Below the pieces are notes generated by a model. The model did no database searches. It was not told where the DNA came from and saw nothing but the letters and a program-made list of their open reading frames with translations. A program made the translations under genes and the position numbers. This document shows, piece after piece, positions 46,790 through 60,380 of a stretch of DNA of 64,000 bases (the first letter of the stretch is position 1; every line of letters starts with the position of its first letter). This DNA is from Takakia lepidozioides (lineage: Eukaryota; Plantae; Bryophyta), in the NCBI GenBank assembly GCA_030704615.1, contig CM060733.1:62186001-62250000 (forward strand), read 5' to 3'.

Positions 46790-47560
46790 AATGGGGCACC
46801 GCATTTCCAAAATTTTGGCAACTCTAAAAACCTCTTTTGGAAATGCAGCACCGCATTTCCAAAACAGGGGAGGGACTAAATTTTCCATTTCAATGTTGGC
46901 ATAGTAAAAAGTAATCGGCCGATTGGAAATGCGGTGCCGCATTTCCAAAATTTCCTTTGTCCACACGCCAGTTTTGGCTTCTCCCGCTCATTGCATGGAT
47001 GCCACCACGCTTACAGAGGTCGAACAAGGAGGTCGAACAAGGAGGTCGAGATGGCGGAATTGGAAATGCGGTACCGCATTTCCATATTGGGGATGGTCGT
47101 TGTTTGAACTGCAGGCCCATCAGCAAAAATTGGCACCGCATTCCATTGTCAAAAAAAAGTCGATGACGGACATGGAAATGCGGCGCCGCATTTCCAGAAC
47201 GGACATCGCAATTTGTCCATTTGCAGACCCTCTCACGGAAATGCGGTAACGCATTCCATCGAGCTGGTCGGAAATGGGTGCACTTTTCGAAGTGTTGGAC
47301 GGAAATGCGGCACCGCATTCCCTTGTCTAAAAAGAAGTTTCCATTGCCAAGCTGGAAATGCGTCGCCGCATTTGCAATGCCAACCTCGTTGTCTGTCCAA
47401 TTTATAGACCCGTGTTGGTATTTCGTGTACCTGGACGGAAATGATGCACCGCATTCCATTGTCCGACACTGAAATGCGGTTCATACATTTCCATGTCGGC
47501 ACGGAAATGCGGCACCGCATTTCCAATGTCCGACACGGAAATGCGGTGCCGCATTTCGAT
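46790..47560. repeat. Loose A-type palindrome array of A2
   Basis: Reverse complement of 13793-14530. Confidence 0.85.
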
Positions 47561-47813
47561 GCCGACATGGCGTTACTCTGGTATATTCTTGACACATGAC
47601 TCTCATACTGGTTACTCTGGTATATTCATCCGGACAGACAAATTGTAGAAATGAGACATCAAATTGTAAACAGTGGGCCAATTCCGACAGTTATTCAACA
47701 GAATGAAACACAATCATACAGAAGTGAGGTACGATGGGTTTATTGATCGGACACGATGTCTCACATTTACCAACTGCAGACAAAACTAAGCCCTTCCTCC
47801 TTCTACATGGGCT

Positions 47814-48468
47814 TCACCAAGTGGACGGAACTTCGATACCCCTCAAAACAAGCTCATCACTGCTGCGGCACCTCGAGGTAAACTGCAATTCGGTCGTTCT
47901 GCTGCCCTTGCTGGAGCCGACGACAATGTCATGTCCATCAATGATACCACCATCATACATTGACAAGGTCACTGTGGGCCTCATGTGCCCGTGCGATTCG
48001 TCTTTGCAACTCAGCCGAATGTCTCCATACACTGGAAGAGCGGAGTGATCTGCACGTATATAGTTTTCCCCGGTGCCGTCCTCCCTGGTCCACTGGCAGC
48101 AGTTCCAGCGCCAAAGCGAGGCCGTGCGTGATCTGTCCGGCATCCCTTTCCAGCTTGGTATATCGAGGTCAACAATTTTCAGGACCCACGGACCGCATTG
48201 ACCCTCGCCCTCACCTCGCTCAAAGCGGTAATAGCCCTCCAGATACTCCATTGCGCGCAAAGACTCTTGCTTGATTCCAGCAGCGTCTGTGAAAACAGAG
48301 AGCCAGACAATGATGTCTCCTGATTCTGGTTTGAACATAGCATAATCGTGGCCATGATAAGGGCAGTCGGCTGGATTTCGGCGGCACGGCATCCTTGAAA
48401 AAGAGTAGCGGAGTACGCTCAATGACAGCAGCTCCCGGATGGAGGAGGAGCAGCGCGGTGGCTGGAAA
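47814..48468 (-). CDS. Cargo paralog 2 of A2 (open, upstream region lost)
   Basis: MPCRRNPADCPYHGHDYAMF...EVPSTW with no stop. Confidence 0.7.
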
Positions 48469-50937
48469 GATCGGTTTGCGGTGGACATTGCAAGTGCCTG
48501 AATACTTCTTGCCCTCGCCAGAGAAACAGCTCTAAAACCAAACAAAAGTGAGTGGGAAGGGGTGCCCCTGAATCCTTTCACACCAGGGCTTGCCCCTCCC
48601 AAGACAAATACTTTTGTGTGCAGGTTCTGCAAACTTGCCCCGTCCTGTGTTTATGTGTGCCACACTCGTATGTACCAGGTGGCACACCGCTGCAAAACAA
48701 TGACTCGTGCTTGCATTCATATGGGTACACACGACCATCCTGTGTCGAAGGGAAGTTGCAGGGATAGCGTGGACATCGCTTGAAATCTTCTGAGGCAGGA
48801 GTTCTACAATGCCCCTTGTGCAACAGCTATAGTACTTGCCGCTAGCAAGGCATTCCTGGAAAAACACATACTGGGTGAAGGGGATGCGACACAACCAATG
48901 CTGGATGCAGATTCGCTTGATGCAGTTATGGACCATTTCTCCGTGTTGAGCTCTCCCAATATTCGAAACCAGGTGAATGCACTCAGAATGGGCACAGGCA
49001 GTGCTGGATTCATAGACAACATTATGGACCTCAAACGGAGGAGTCGCTATGAATTCATTTAAAACAGTATCTTCCCTGGCCAGGGCTTGTCCAAGGTGTA
49101 TTTGTTCAAGATGTCCACAGTGGGCGAAGGCAGGGGTGTGAGCATTGTCCGCCGAATGCAACCTGGAGGAGATTTGGCAAAATGTTGGTTAATGTTTGAT
49201 CACTGCAAACGGGTGAAGGGTTGGACAACCATGGCGTGCCATGTGTACGATCCAGCGTACCGGCATGTGCTCTCCATAGCAATTTGTGATATGCAGTTGG
49301 AGGACACTGAATCCCAAATGCTCATGTGGAATTCTCTCCTAGCCGTCATGCAGCGCAATGGAATGCAGAAGACAAATTTTGCGGGGTTCATGGCTGATAG
49401 TGCACAGGCAAATTTCAATGCAGTGCGGCGCGTCTTTGGTTCAGGGGATCCTAAGGTCCCAATGGAAAATATGGAGTGCACATGCCTCTTCCATTGGAGT
49501 CAATCTCTGGCACGTCATACAAAGCGCTGCATTCACCCTGACCTTCAGTTGGAGCACAGAAGGCTCTGCCTCAAGTACAAAAATGCCACCTCAATGGGAG
49601 AAGCTGAGAGCACTTACCAAGCAATCCGGGCTTGGTGGTTCTCCTCTGGTGCTGCTACTGGGATCCACCTGAAGGAGTTGGAGGACTGGTTGGTTTTCTG
49701 GCACTTCAAGTACAGACAGTGGGGAGCTTTCATGACGACGGTAAGCCTCTTCAATCCCAGAAACACAAATTTTACTTTGCATCGTGCCTGTTCCTTTGGG
49801 GTTGTTGGATTGTCATTTGCAGAACCTCGTCCATTTCCTTTCGTTCCTCACAAGGGACCTCTTCCATTTCATTTTGTTCCTGTCAAGGGAACAGTTCATC
49901 CTTCGGTGATAATGAAGCCCCCTCCGCTCGCAATTTGGCCTGTGAAACTTGGGACGTCGCTGTCATCAAACGAGATAAGCATGTTGGAGGAGGGGGGGTT
50001 CTGTCTTGCACGGTCCCGGGTGGTGCCCTCATGCACTATGGGCACAGATGTGCCACATGCTCCGGCAATGCCTCCACCCGGTGCCGACTCCCACCCAACA
50101 AAAAGAGATGGAAAAACAGTGTGCCGTGTCGCTTCGGGTGCAGATCACGACTGCAAGATGGAATCGGATAGAATTTTGCAGGCTCGGGTGACTCGTATCA
50201 CCAAAGTCCCGGCCCCGGGGTATGGGCGGATTTACACAGTGTTGTCTACTGGCTCAGTTCTTCATGGCAAAGAATATCAGGTTACCGTGGGGAATTTCCC
50301 TGCGTGCACTTGTCCGGATTTTGTAACGATTCGTGAGGGCGCTCTCGGCATGAGAGGGAAGTGGGTCCCCTGCAAGCATCAATATTACACATATCTTATA
50401 ATTATGTGCTGCGACAGTAAGAGAGACCAATTCATTCACCAGGCCACACTAGGCTATGGAGAAGTCATCACTCTTCTGTAGTGAGACACCTGCCGTGGGG
50501 CTCCGCCAGATTCTCAGTGAACAAAAATGAGCCATGCCCACTCCCCGTGCTGGTTTCCAGCTTATCGTGTGGAGTCTTTGCATGTAGGACAGACACATAC
50601 ATTTTATTCGCGGAACCAGGGCAATTGCACATGCCATTCATTGTAGGCGTCTTACTCTGAATTGAAATAAAGTGTGACGATCATTCTGAGCTCAAATCTG
50701 CCATATGTTCATATTCCTTTTTTTGTGCAAACATTGCAGACATGGTGCATGGTGGCCCCTTTGTTTTGTCCACGGTAATAGGCCCTCTTCCTGCAATCCT
50801 CGCCTATAGGACCTGCTTCTCCAGCACGTTTGTGCCGCTCACGCTTCCCTGATGCGTGAGCTCAGCTCACGCCTTGCAGCTACAACGTGAGCTCAGCTCC
50901 CAGGCTCACGGGGCTGGGCTCACGCTGTAGCTACGCT
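48469..50937 (+). mobile_element. Element C: degenerate, more distant member of the same MULE clade (transposase remnant 48469-50481, putative end near 50937)
   Basis: C..C...RACIHMGTHDHP, FKMSTVG, WLMFDH, FMADSAQANF, CLFHW and CTC...CKH, with stops. GCTCAC subterminal repeats at 50835-50925. The exact end is uncertain. Confidence 0.75.
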
Positions 50938-50939
50938 GG

Positions 50940-52356
50940 TCGAGCATCTCTTGTGTGTTCGCGTCTTGCTCGATTCTCCTCAAGGCGGAGTTGATCTTGA
51001 ATCCACCTGCGCATAAGGACTTGATGTCTTCCGTTTAGTGCCTGCCATTTCCCTTAGTCTTGCTCTTGTCGTGAGGAATTGAATCACCAATTCTTGTAGC
51101 AGCAGCAGTATGAAGCACACTGGAACTTGTGTATACAACAATTTCCAGTTTGCGGAAGAGAAAGTGTAGAAGGTCTTTCGGGGTTTAAGTAGGGGTTATG
51201 TCTTTTGGGTTTTCGTTTCCTCTTCCCGAGAAGTGTCTGTGGAGGTAATTCTGACGAGTTGTCTTTTTGGTTTTAAAGCGTAGTTAGCTTTAATTGCCCG
51301 TCTGGCGCTTACCAAGAAGCACTTAGCTTCTGGTAACGGTTGTGGATGAATTCCATCCATTATTTGGATGATTTTGCCTTTCTTTCTTCGGTGTTTTCTT
51401 CCTGGTTCATCCTGGTCTTGGATGACAGTCGTTGATAATGGTCTGGATGAGCTTGCTTGGGGTTCATCCGTCTTGGATGAACTAGGTAAATGATCGTTTT
51501 TAGATGTGACGCGTGTGTGCAATATTTGCACATTGGCTTAATTGTTTTACCCTTATTGTCAGCCGTCTTTTGACAATCCGTTGGATTGCGCCATCGTTCT
51601 CGCTCCATCTGATGAGTATTAGATTGTGATGTACTGTTGTCATGGTCAGTGAATTCATCTGGTTCGTTCATCTCACGATGAGTGACTCGTTGGCTGCTAC
51701 GTATTCATTCACGGTTCTGTAGGGCATCTGTGATGGCCACGGCTCTCCATACGGTATACGTGGTGGTAGTGCCGACATCCAAATTAGTGGTGGTCTAAAC
51801 GTAGCGGTGCCCTGAACTCGTACTGCCACCTGTCTTAGTACATGCCGATTCATCGTGTCGTGATGAATGTAGTATGCACTTGCGATTTCCCGTTCTTCAT
51901 CTGCGGTTTGGTCTTCCTCGTTGGCGTATAAGTCATGTATGAGGGCTCTGTCATGCATCCCTTTGTAGCCTTTTAACTTGTTGATATTTATTCGTCCCAC
52001 TAACTCTTGTTCCAAGGTCTGCAAATCGATAGTTCCACTGTCATGTATCTTTTTGATTTGAAACGGTCCCATCCATGACATTTTCAATTTGCCTCCCAGT
52101 TTGATCTTTTTGATCTTTGGTAGCCATAAGACAATTTCTCCATCTTGGAAAGTTTTTACTTTCCATTCTGATACTCTCTTTTTCCGCTGCTCTTGAATTC
52201 GTGCCATATTATCTGCAGCATCTGTTCGAACTTCTTCCAAGTGGAACAATTCATGTTCCCTGACTCGTAGTGATTCCTCTAAACCCCATCATTTCATGAG
52301 TCGAGGTTCTTGATGTGGGTACCATACACTCAATCGATAGTAGTGCCTCTGCTCTA
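50940..52356 (-). mobile_element. Fragment of a related Gypsy element (integrase C-terminus and downstream region)
   Basis: ORF 51668..52249 with WMGPF and RININKLKGY, homologous to but diverged from 4975-5290. Confidence 0.75.
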
Positions 52357-52856
52357 NNNNNNNNNNNNNNNNNNNNNNNNNNNNNNNNNNNNNNNNNNNN
52401 NNNNNNNNNNNNNNNNNNNNNNNNNNNNNNNNNNNNNNNNNNNNNNNNNNNNNNNNNNNNNNNNNNNNNNNNNNNNNNNNNNNNNNNNNNNNNNNNNNNN
52501 NNNNNNNNNNNNNNNNNNNNNNNNNNNNNNNNNNNNNNNNNNNNNNNNNNNNNNNNNNNNNNNNNNNNNNNNNNNNNNNNNNNNNNNNNNNNNNNNNNNN
52601 NNNNNNNNNNNNNNNNNNNNNNNNNNNNNNNNNNNNNNNNNNNNNNNNNNNNNNNNNNNNNNNNNNNNNNNNNNNNNNNNNNNNNNNNNNNNNNNNNNNN
52701 NNNNNNNNNNNNNNNNNNNNNNNNNNNNNNNNNNNNNNNNNNNNNNNNNNNNNNNNNNNNNNNNNNNNNNNNNNNNNNNNNNNNNNNNNNNNNNNNNNNN
52801 NNNNNNNNNNNNNNNNNNNNNNNNNNNNNNNNNNNNNNNNNNNNNNNNNNNNNNNN
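52357..52856. other. Assembly gap (500 N)
   Basis: Run of N. Confidence 1.
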
Positions 52857-52898
52857 CACCTCCCAACATTCCAGAACGGAATGTATTAGATTCAAAAG

Positions 52899-53725
52899 GG
52901 AAATGCGGCACCGCATTTCCGTTCTGATGAAATATCCTGAAACATCGGAACTGAAATGCGGTACCGCATTTCCGTCGGAGTCGCACCTTCCGACATTCCA
53001 AAACGGAAATGCGGCGCCGCATTTCCGTTTTGTATGTGAGGCATGGAGCTGTGGAACGAAAATGCGGCACAGCATTTCCGCCAGCGTCAGACGTTAATAC
53101 TCTACAGAACGGAAATGCGGTACTGCATTTCCGTTCTGACTGAAAATCGTGCGCAACGGGAACAGAAATGCGGCACCGCATTTCCGTCCGAGTCGCACCT
53201 TCCGACATTCTAGAACGGAAATGCGGCGCCGCATTTCCGTTTTGTATATGGGGCCTGGAGCTGTGCTACGGAAATGTGTTGCCGCATTTCCATCCATGTG
53301 AGACCTTCAAACTTTCCAGACCGGAAATGCGGCACCGCATTTCTGTCCAGGTGAGACCTCTATACTTTCCCGAACGGAAATGTGGCACGACATTTCCATT
53401 CATCAACTAACGTATGTGAAGGTGGAACGGAAATGCGGTATCGCATTTCCGTTCACATTGAAAATCATGAAGCACGGGAACTGAAATGTTGTGCCTCATT
53501 CCCGTCCGAATCGCACCTTTCGACATTCCAGAACGGAAATGCGGCGCCGCATTTCCCTTTTGAATCTCATACATGGAGCTGTGGGACGGAAATGCGGCAC
53601 CGTATTTCCGTTCAACAACTAAGGTATGTGAAGGTGGAACGGAAATGCGGTGCCGCATTTTCTTCCAACAAGTACGGATGTGTAGCTTCGTGATGGTACT
53701 TAACGGAAATGCGGCGCCGCATTCG
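52899..53725. repeat. 53-bp palindrome array of A3
   Basis: Same units as 20286-21050. Confidence 0.9.
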
Positions 53726-54162
53726 CATTTTCGCTCCAACTCATCAGACGCTGGGACGGAAATGCCTTGAAATGTGAACACGTGGAGCAACGGAATTGCT
53801 GCACATGTCGGCACTCTATCTGACTGAAGGGGCATGAGGCGGCGCGGCCTGACCGTTGGATAATGATGTTTGTTTTTCGGACGGCAGGCGTACCCTGAAC
53901 GATTCGAATTTCGTAATGACGCAAAGTCCACGAGGAGACACTTTCGTCCAACCCTTTCGAACCCAAGTGGTGCATCACCGCCGTTTCATCTACTTTTGTC
54001 GTGTCTCCTCAGTCACCCCTCTCGCGCCCTTTCCATCTGCACTCTTTGCCCCTTTTCCCTCTCTCTGTTCTTCTTATGCTTGAACCTGAGAGGGGGGGAG
54101 TTCGTGCACCATACAGGAGACCTCGTCGCAAGCTCCGGAAATTATACTTCGGACGTAGGCCA

Positions 54163-57100
54163 ATGCCGAAGGGGAGGAAGCAGATGCGTCTACAGGAGGA
54201 GATTGCCATCTCCGAGCAGCAGGCCACTCAGGCAACCCAGCCACCAGTGAGAGCTCCATGCGATCGGGCTGCGCGCAGCTGATCGAGCACCGAACCCCCC
54301 ATTTTGCTTCTGTAATTCTTAGACTGAATCCTAGGAGACTTGAATGCAGAACATGTTTGCATGCCTAACAGGAAAGGTGGACGTGCTGGAGGGATCGCAG
54401 GAATCCGAAGAGCCGCAGGAAGAGTCTCGAGGAGCTAGCTGCAGCACGTACACCCACCCGATCCCCGAGCGCGGGTATTCCTGCTGGGCCTAGCCCTGTG
54501 CGATTCAAAGACGCGTCTTCGAAGGGCAAGTTCAAAGCCCCAGAGATCGACTCGCGTTCTTCGGTCATGGAGAATCGCCAGCAGGGGTCGGGCCCTTCTC
54601 CAGCAAAGTCGAAGAATAAGCAGCCCGTCCCTCTACTGGCTTCTGAACCGGCTCAGGCCGATTCACCCCCCCCAACGCGAATGAAGCAGCAGGGTAGAAG
54701 ACAGATTCAATTGCAGCAGACACCTTCACCTGCAAGGATGAGGAAGCAGAAGGCAATCAGGGCGACGGGCGAACAATCTCCCGCAAAACCGCTTCCACGA
54801 GCTGAAGCTCAGTTCCTGGAGGATTTCCCGCCTGCAGATGTTGGGGCCGACTCTGCTGCAGCGAAGGCAATGGGATCGACCGTTGATCTCGATTTGGTAC
54901 CGGAGGAGGGTGCTGCCGCTCAACGTTCGCAGCAAGACCTCACCACCGATGAGCAAGCAGGCCCGGAGGAGGCCTCTGCAATGGCAGAATTGCCCGCAGA
55001 CAGGCCCCAGAGTGCAGCTCCAGTTGAGGATGCTCCAGCTGCTCAGCCACTACCGGCACCTACAGACATGTCTCCGGAGGATTTCAAAAGTGCAGCCGAT
55101 AAAATGTTGGAGGAGACACACAGTAGCATTGGCAGAGTTCTGGGCAGCAGGGTATTCCAGCGGACTCTTCGAATCCCACTCTGTCGCATGGTCTCCCTTC
55201 CCATCGTCAGGCAGGCCCTTCCCGGAGATGTGGATAAGCTCAAGTTCGCATTTCGAGAAGGGTACCGTCTGGGATCGGCAGCGTTTTACGTTTCCATTGA
55301 GAATGAGGACGGCGAAACTCGTGGACCCACTGCCGATGAATTGTCAACGTGGGATACCCACTGGCACACTCGCAACCACGAATTCGAGGCGACGCTGAAG
55401 GGTGATCCAGACTTCGGCCATATGTTGGGTAAAATGTTCTTTGTGTGGGACGGGAATCACCGACTTCTCGCCTGGTGGGAGTACATCAAGCAGAACCATG
55501 CCAAGCACATTGGCTGGCATTACATGGTGGAGTGTGTCATCCTGAAGGTGAAGGCGGCAGACTCCTCCCTGCTCAAGAATGCCATGGCGGACCTCAACTC
55601 GTAAGATACTCATACCCTCCCTAGCACGTTCGAAATGCGGTGCCGCATTTCGGTTTCCATTCTGGTTTGTTTTCGTGCTTCCGTGTACTGAACTGGAGTG
55701 TGTGCCTTGCAGGGTCACTGAGAATGCGTACGTGCATACCCACATGGCACATATGCTGTACAGGGTGAGGAAAACTGGTCTCACTGATCCGCAGATGTTT
55801 GCGGAAATGCTGGAGCCCGAGCTCATTCAGAAAGCCGTTGCAAAAACAGACCGGACATGGTATCGTCTCACTATGGATGGAATGGTGGAGGTGATATACG
55901 AAGTAAGTCGTCCTCCCATTTCCCTCTGCTCATCCTCCCTCAATTTTCAGTAATGTTTCCACATGAATCGAATGTAACGCTTCTGCATGTTTTTGTTGGC
56001 AGTCAAACATCAAGCTGGATTTGGCCCATGCCAAACGCTTCTTTGTGGAAAGTGAGGGGCAGGTCAAAACGTTGCAGTCATTGACTGAGCACTTGAAAGA
56101 AGCCGGTGTCAAGTCCAGAACCAAATACAAGTCAAAGCTTGTGAAGCTGGTGGCAATTGCAGATCCGGCACTTGGAAAGGACTTCATCCCCGAGATTGCA
56201 AAACACTATTCTCGGGCCATGCAGCCGACCATGCAATTGGAGAAACTGCATCACCTCTCAACGGCATGTGTGGAGGCGAAAGAGAAGGTGAGGTTTCAAT
56301 GCACTGAAGTTCCTTCCTAGCAATAGCCACTCTCTTCCAGCTCCTGACATTGGATCGGAAATGGCAGACACGGTGGCTGTCGATCTGGAATGCATCCGAG
56401 AGCATAAGGACAATGTGGTCTTTTCCACTCAAAGTTTCCGACCCTGCAGTGGATGTGTGGCTCAACCGTATGACTTGGTGGTTCCAGGTAATTCAAGATA
56501 CTTCCCCAGATTTGCTTTTCTGACATGAATTCCCTGAACTGCTACGTGACAATGCATTTGGGAATCGCAGGTAATGTCGAATGCGAAGGAGCAAGTCGTA
56601 ATGCACACAAATTCGTTCGGCTTGTACGTCAAATGGGATGGAACACAGACATTGGAAGACTACGTGACACGTTTCAGATGTGCGTACAAGGACAACCTTT
56701 TCACCAGAGAGCTACAGACAGCAAGAAGGAGCGTGGAGTTTACACATCAGGAGGGAGCGGGGAAAGCTGCAATGCGAATTGTTTACAGGTGAAGCACAGC
56801 TGCCCTTGTATGCGAAGCCTGGTTACGAGGTTTGTCTCGGAAATGCGGCACCGCATTCGCATTTTATGTTTTTGGTGGCACTCTGCGAGTAGGTTGGTCT
56901 CAACTTTTGCTCACGCATGCTGACTGCCTTGCAGGTATATGAAATACGTGCTCCTTCAGACAGGGGCCCTGGCTCAAGAGCCCCCGTTCTTCATGGCTTG
57001 GACCGTGGCGGGCCCAAGCTGTGTCTACACACCCGAGATGCAGAAACAATGGCATCCCGCGCATCTCGTTGGATGCCCGTGGTACCTGGACATGTCTGGC

Positions 57101-59287
57101 GGTATTGTTGACGAGTCTGAGAAAGATCTGCACGCCTTGGCAGAAGAGAAGAGAAAGGAAAGACGTGTCCCTGCTTGGCCAAAGTCGGCAAAGGAATCTG
57201 CTGCTCTGGAAGAATCCAGAAAGGCAGCTGAGATGGCACAAAAGACGGTGGATGCAGCTGTGCAGGCCCAACAGAAGGGGTCGAAGAAGAGGACTCGCCA
57301 GCAAGGAGCAGCTGTTGTGACACCCGCCAAAACGAAGAAGCAGAAACAGCCTGTTCAGGAAGAGGGTGAGGAAGAGGACTCCGATGGAGACTTTGCAACC
57401 AGCCCACCCCCCCAAACGCAGGCTGCCTCCCCTGTGCCCACCGTTGTCACGAGAGGCACGAGAACTGGCTCGGCAAAGAAGGCACTCTTCAACCCCCCAA
57501 GGGGGCACCCTTTCGAGCCGGTGGAAATGAAGAGGCCGAAAGTGGCTCCCGAAACAGTAGTCCAGTGTGTAAATGAGAGTTTCTTGGCGGCTTTGGATGG
57601 ACGGGCAGCCAAGTTGGCATACATGAAGACCATGGAGGGTCTGAAGGGCAGAGCACTGAAGAAGGCGACTGCCGAAGAGCCTTCCGACACCCCAGGATTT
57701 CAGAATATGGTCTCGTTCTTTGAGAGGGTGTGTGCAGACAAGGATTGTAGGAGGGGCGGAAATGCCACCGAGTGGTCTTGCGATATGATCATCTTGGATA
57801 TTCCGGACGGAGAGCCTGTGGAAGGACTCCAAGCTTTGCCATCTTGGAACAGGTACTCGGAGGACTTTTGGAAGAAAGGATTCGGGCTTGCCCGCATGGT
57901 GTTGGACGACAGAGGCTGTGTGGTTGTCCTGGCGAGCAGAGGAAAAAACACTCAGACAGGAATTGCGAAGTGGACCCGCAAGAGCGCCGTCCCGATTCTG
58001 AAAAAGAAGTGGACGTGCATCAACACACTGGGCCTTCGGTCGGAAGGGAAGAAGGTGATTACGACACTGGCACTCGTCCATTCATTTGCTTGGGTGTTTT
58101 CAAATGCGGTGCCGCATTCGGTTTCTAATCGTTTTCCCCCTGTGTATGCAGACGAAGCAGTTCGATGCATACTGCTTTGTGAAGGAGAACTCCACCTTTG
58201 CTTTCCGGAAGGAGGGAGGAAAGGTTGACCCGAACTGCGACCCACTCGATTACGACGTTCTGTTCAACAACATTCCCAAGGAACTTCTCCCTCATAGCCT
58301 CACTTCAACGGAACCCCTGCGGTACTCACGGACTCGGAGCCCTGCCTTCATTCAGACAATTATGGAGACATGCACAGACGTGGAGGGCACAGTGCTCGAC
58401 CTCATCTATGGGACAGGTATGCAGAATCTTGATCTATGCTGTTCTGCAAATTCTCGTTAGGATGTAGTTCGCAACATCTGAAGCGCCATGTGGTAATGTG
58501 TGGATGGCATTGTAACAGGTGCCTCAATGTGGGCTGGGCGGTTTTCCGACCGGCACCTCTTTGCCTACGAGGAGGATTCATCCGTGTGGGGATCCCATCT
58601 GGAAGGGCTGCAACGGAATGTTAAGGCTCCCGACAGAGCGGAAGTCTCCTCGGATTCGTCGGAGTCCGAGGAAGACACAGTGGACATTGATGCGGAGGAA
58701 ACCCGGAATACGAGTGAGTGCAAACATTGTAAGTTTGCAAAGCCTTCTGGGTCATTTATGTCAAACGAATTTCCCGACTGTGGTTCTCATTAGTCTCGTT
58801 GATGATTGTCATGTGCAGGATTGCAGGGTCCGAGTCGAAACATGTAGGGCCTACACTTCCTGCCAGGAAGAATGTCCCGTTCTTTGCGAGGGCCGACTTC
58901 ATGACGAGCCCGGTGAGGGACTACTCCCTTCCTAGTTATGCAGCTAAACTCGCAAATACAGCGATTAGAAGAAGTGAGAATCCCAGTAAAGTAGAGCAGA
59001 TTTTGGAGAGGGCTAGGGAGGACAGAAGGATAAGGAAAGAGTTGGCAGCAGCTCAGATAGGTAGACGGGTACGAAAGTACATATGTGATTCAGCGGATGA
59101 GAGCGACGCAGACAGGGAGGAAGACGACCCAACGGAGGTGAGATGGACAGTTCCGCAAGGGGAAGATGGGATTTTTGAAAGCCTGGCCATCGAGCAGTCC
59201 GCTGGAGATGAGAAAGGCACTGAGGGGGTGGAGGCGGAGCAGGACAGTCTAGAACAGGATGAGGATTCGGATGATTTTCAAGATTAA
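54163..59287 (+). CDS. Multi-exon ParB/Srx-like + beta-class MTase-like gene of A3 (roughly 1,400 aa by estimate)
   Basis: DGNHRLLA at ~55449-55472, DMIILDIPDG at 57782-57811, VLDLIYGTG/ASMWAGRFSDRHLFAYEED across intron 58417-58518. Another intron at 58055-58151. The start is approximate. Confidence 0.78.
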
Positions 59288-59424
59288 TAGAATTTTAATG
59301 AAGTCTCTGTAAATGTAAATTCTCTTCCAGAGTATATAAAGGAAATTTTGCCAGACATTCGTGACCCCTCTCCAGTGTGCATTCCAGCCACACAATCGCC
59401 CAACCACGACGCTCCCAAAATCAG

Positions 59425-60125
59425 AAATGGGGCACCGCATTTCCAAAATTTTGGCAACTCTAAGAACCTCTTTTGGAAATGCGGCACCGCATTTCCAAAA
59501 CAAGGGAGGGACTAAATTTTCCATTTCAATGTTGGCATAGTAAAAAGTAATCGGCCGATTGGAAATGCGGTGCCGCATTTCCAAAATTTCCTTTGTCCAC
59601 GCGCCAGTTTTGGCCTCTCCCGCTCATTGCATGGATGCCACCACGCTTACAGAGGTCGAACAAGGAGGTCGAACAAGGAGGTCGAGATGGCGGAATTGAA
59701 AATGCGGTGCCGCATTTCAGTATTGGGGATGGTCGTTGTTCGAACTGCAGGCCCATCAGCAAAAATTGGCACCGCATTCCATTGTAAAAAAAAGTCGATG
59801 ACGGACATGGAAATGCGGCGCCGCATTTCCAGAACGGACATTGCAATTTGTCCATTTGCAGACCCTCTCACGGAAATGCGGTAACGCATTCCATCGCGCC
59901 GGTCGGAAATGTCACACTTTTCGAAGTGTTGTACGGAAATGCGGCACCGCATTCCCTTGTCCAAAAAGAAGTTTCCATTGCCAAGCTGGAAATGCGTCGC
60001 CGCATTTGCAATGCCAACCTCGTTTTCTGTCCAATTTATAGACCCGTGTTGGTATTTCGTGTACCTGGACGGAAATAATGCACCGCATTTCCTTGTCCCA
60101 CATGGAAATGCGGTGCCGCATTTCG
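59425..60125. repeat. Loose A-type palindrome array of A3
   Basis: Reverse complement of 13793-14530. Confidence 0.85.
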
Positions 60126-60380
60126 ATGCCGACATGGCGTTACTCTGGTATATTCTTGACACATGACTCACATACCGGTTACTCTGCTATATTCATCCGG
60201 ACAGACACATTGTAGAAATGAGACATCAAATTGTAAACAGTGGGCCAATTCCGAGAGTTATTCAACAGAATGAAACACAATCATAAAGAAGTGAGGTACG
60301 ATGGGTTTATTGATCGGACACGATGTCTCACATTTACTAACTGCAGACAAAACTAAGCCCTTCCTCCTTCTACATGGGCT

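Larger units (their letters stand above)
40059..48468 (-). mobile_element. Element A2: inverted copy of A with a ~5.4-kb internal deletion at ~46445 and left-end truncation
   Basis: Starts GAGGTTTACTATTTCATGAGC. Reverse complement of 20275-26606 joined to 12882-14871. Confidence 0.92.

Noticed and set aside
52251-53208. Long ORFs crossing the N run
   Set aside because: Artefacts of the assembly gap.
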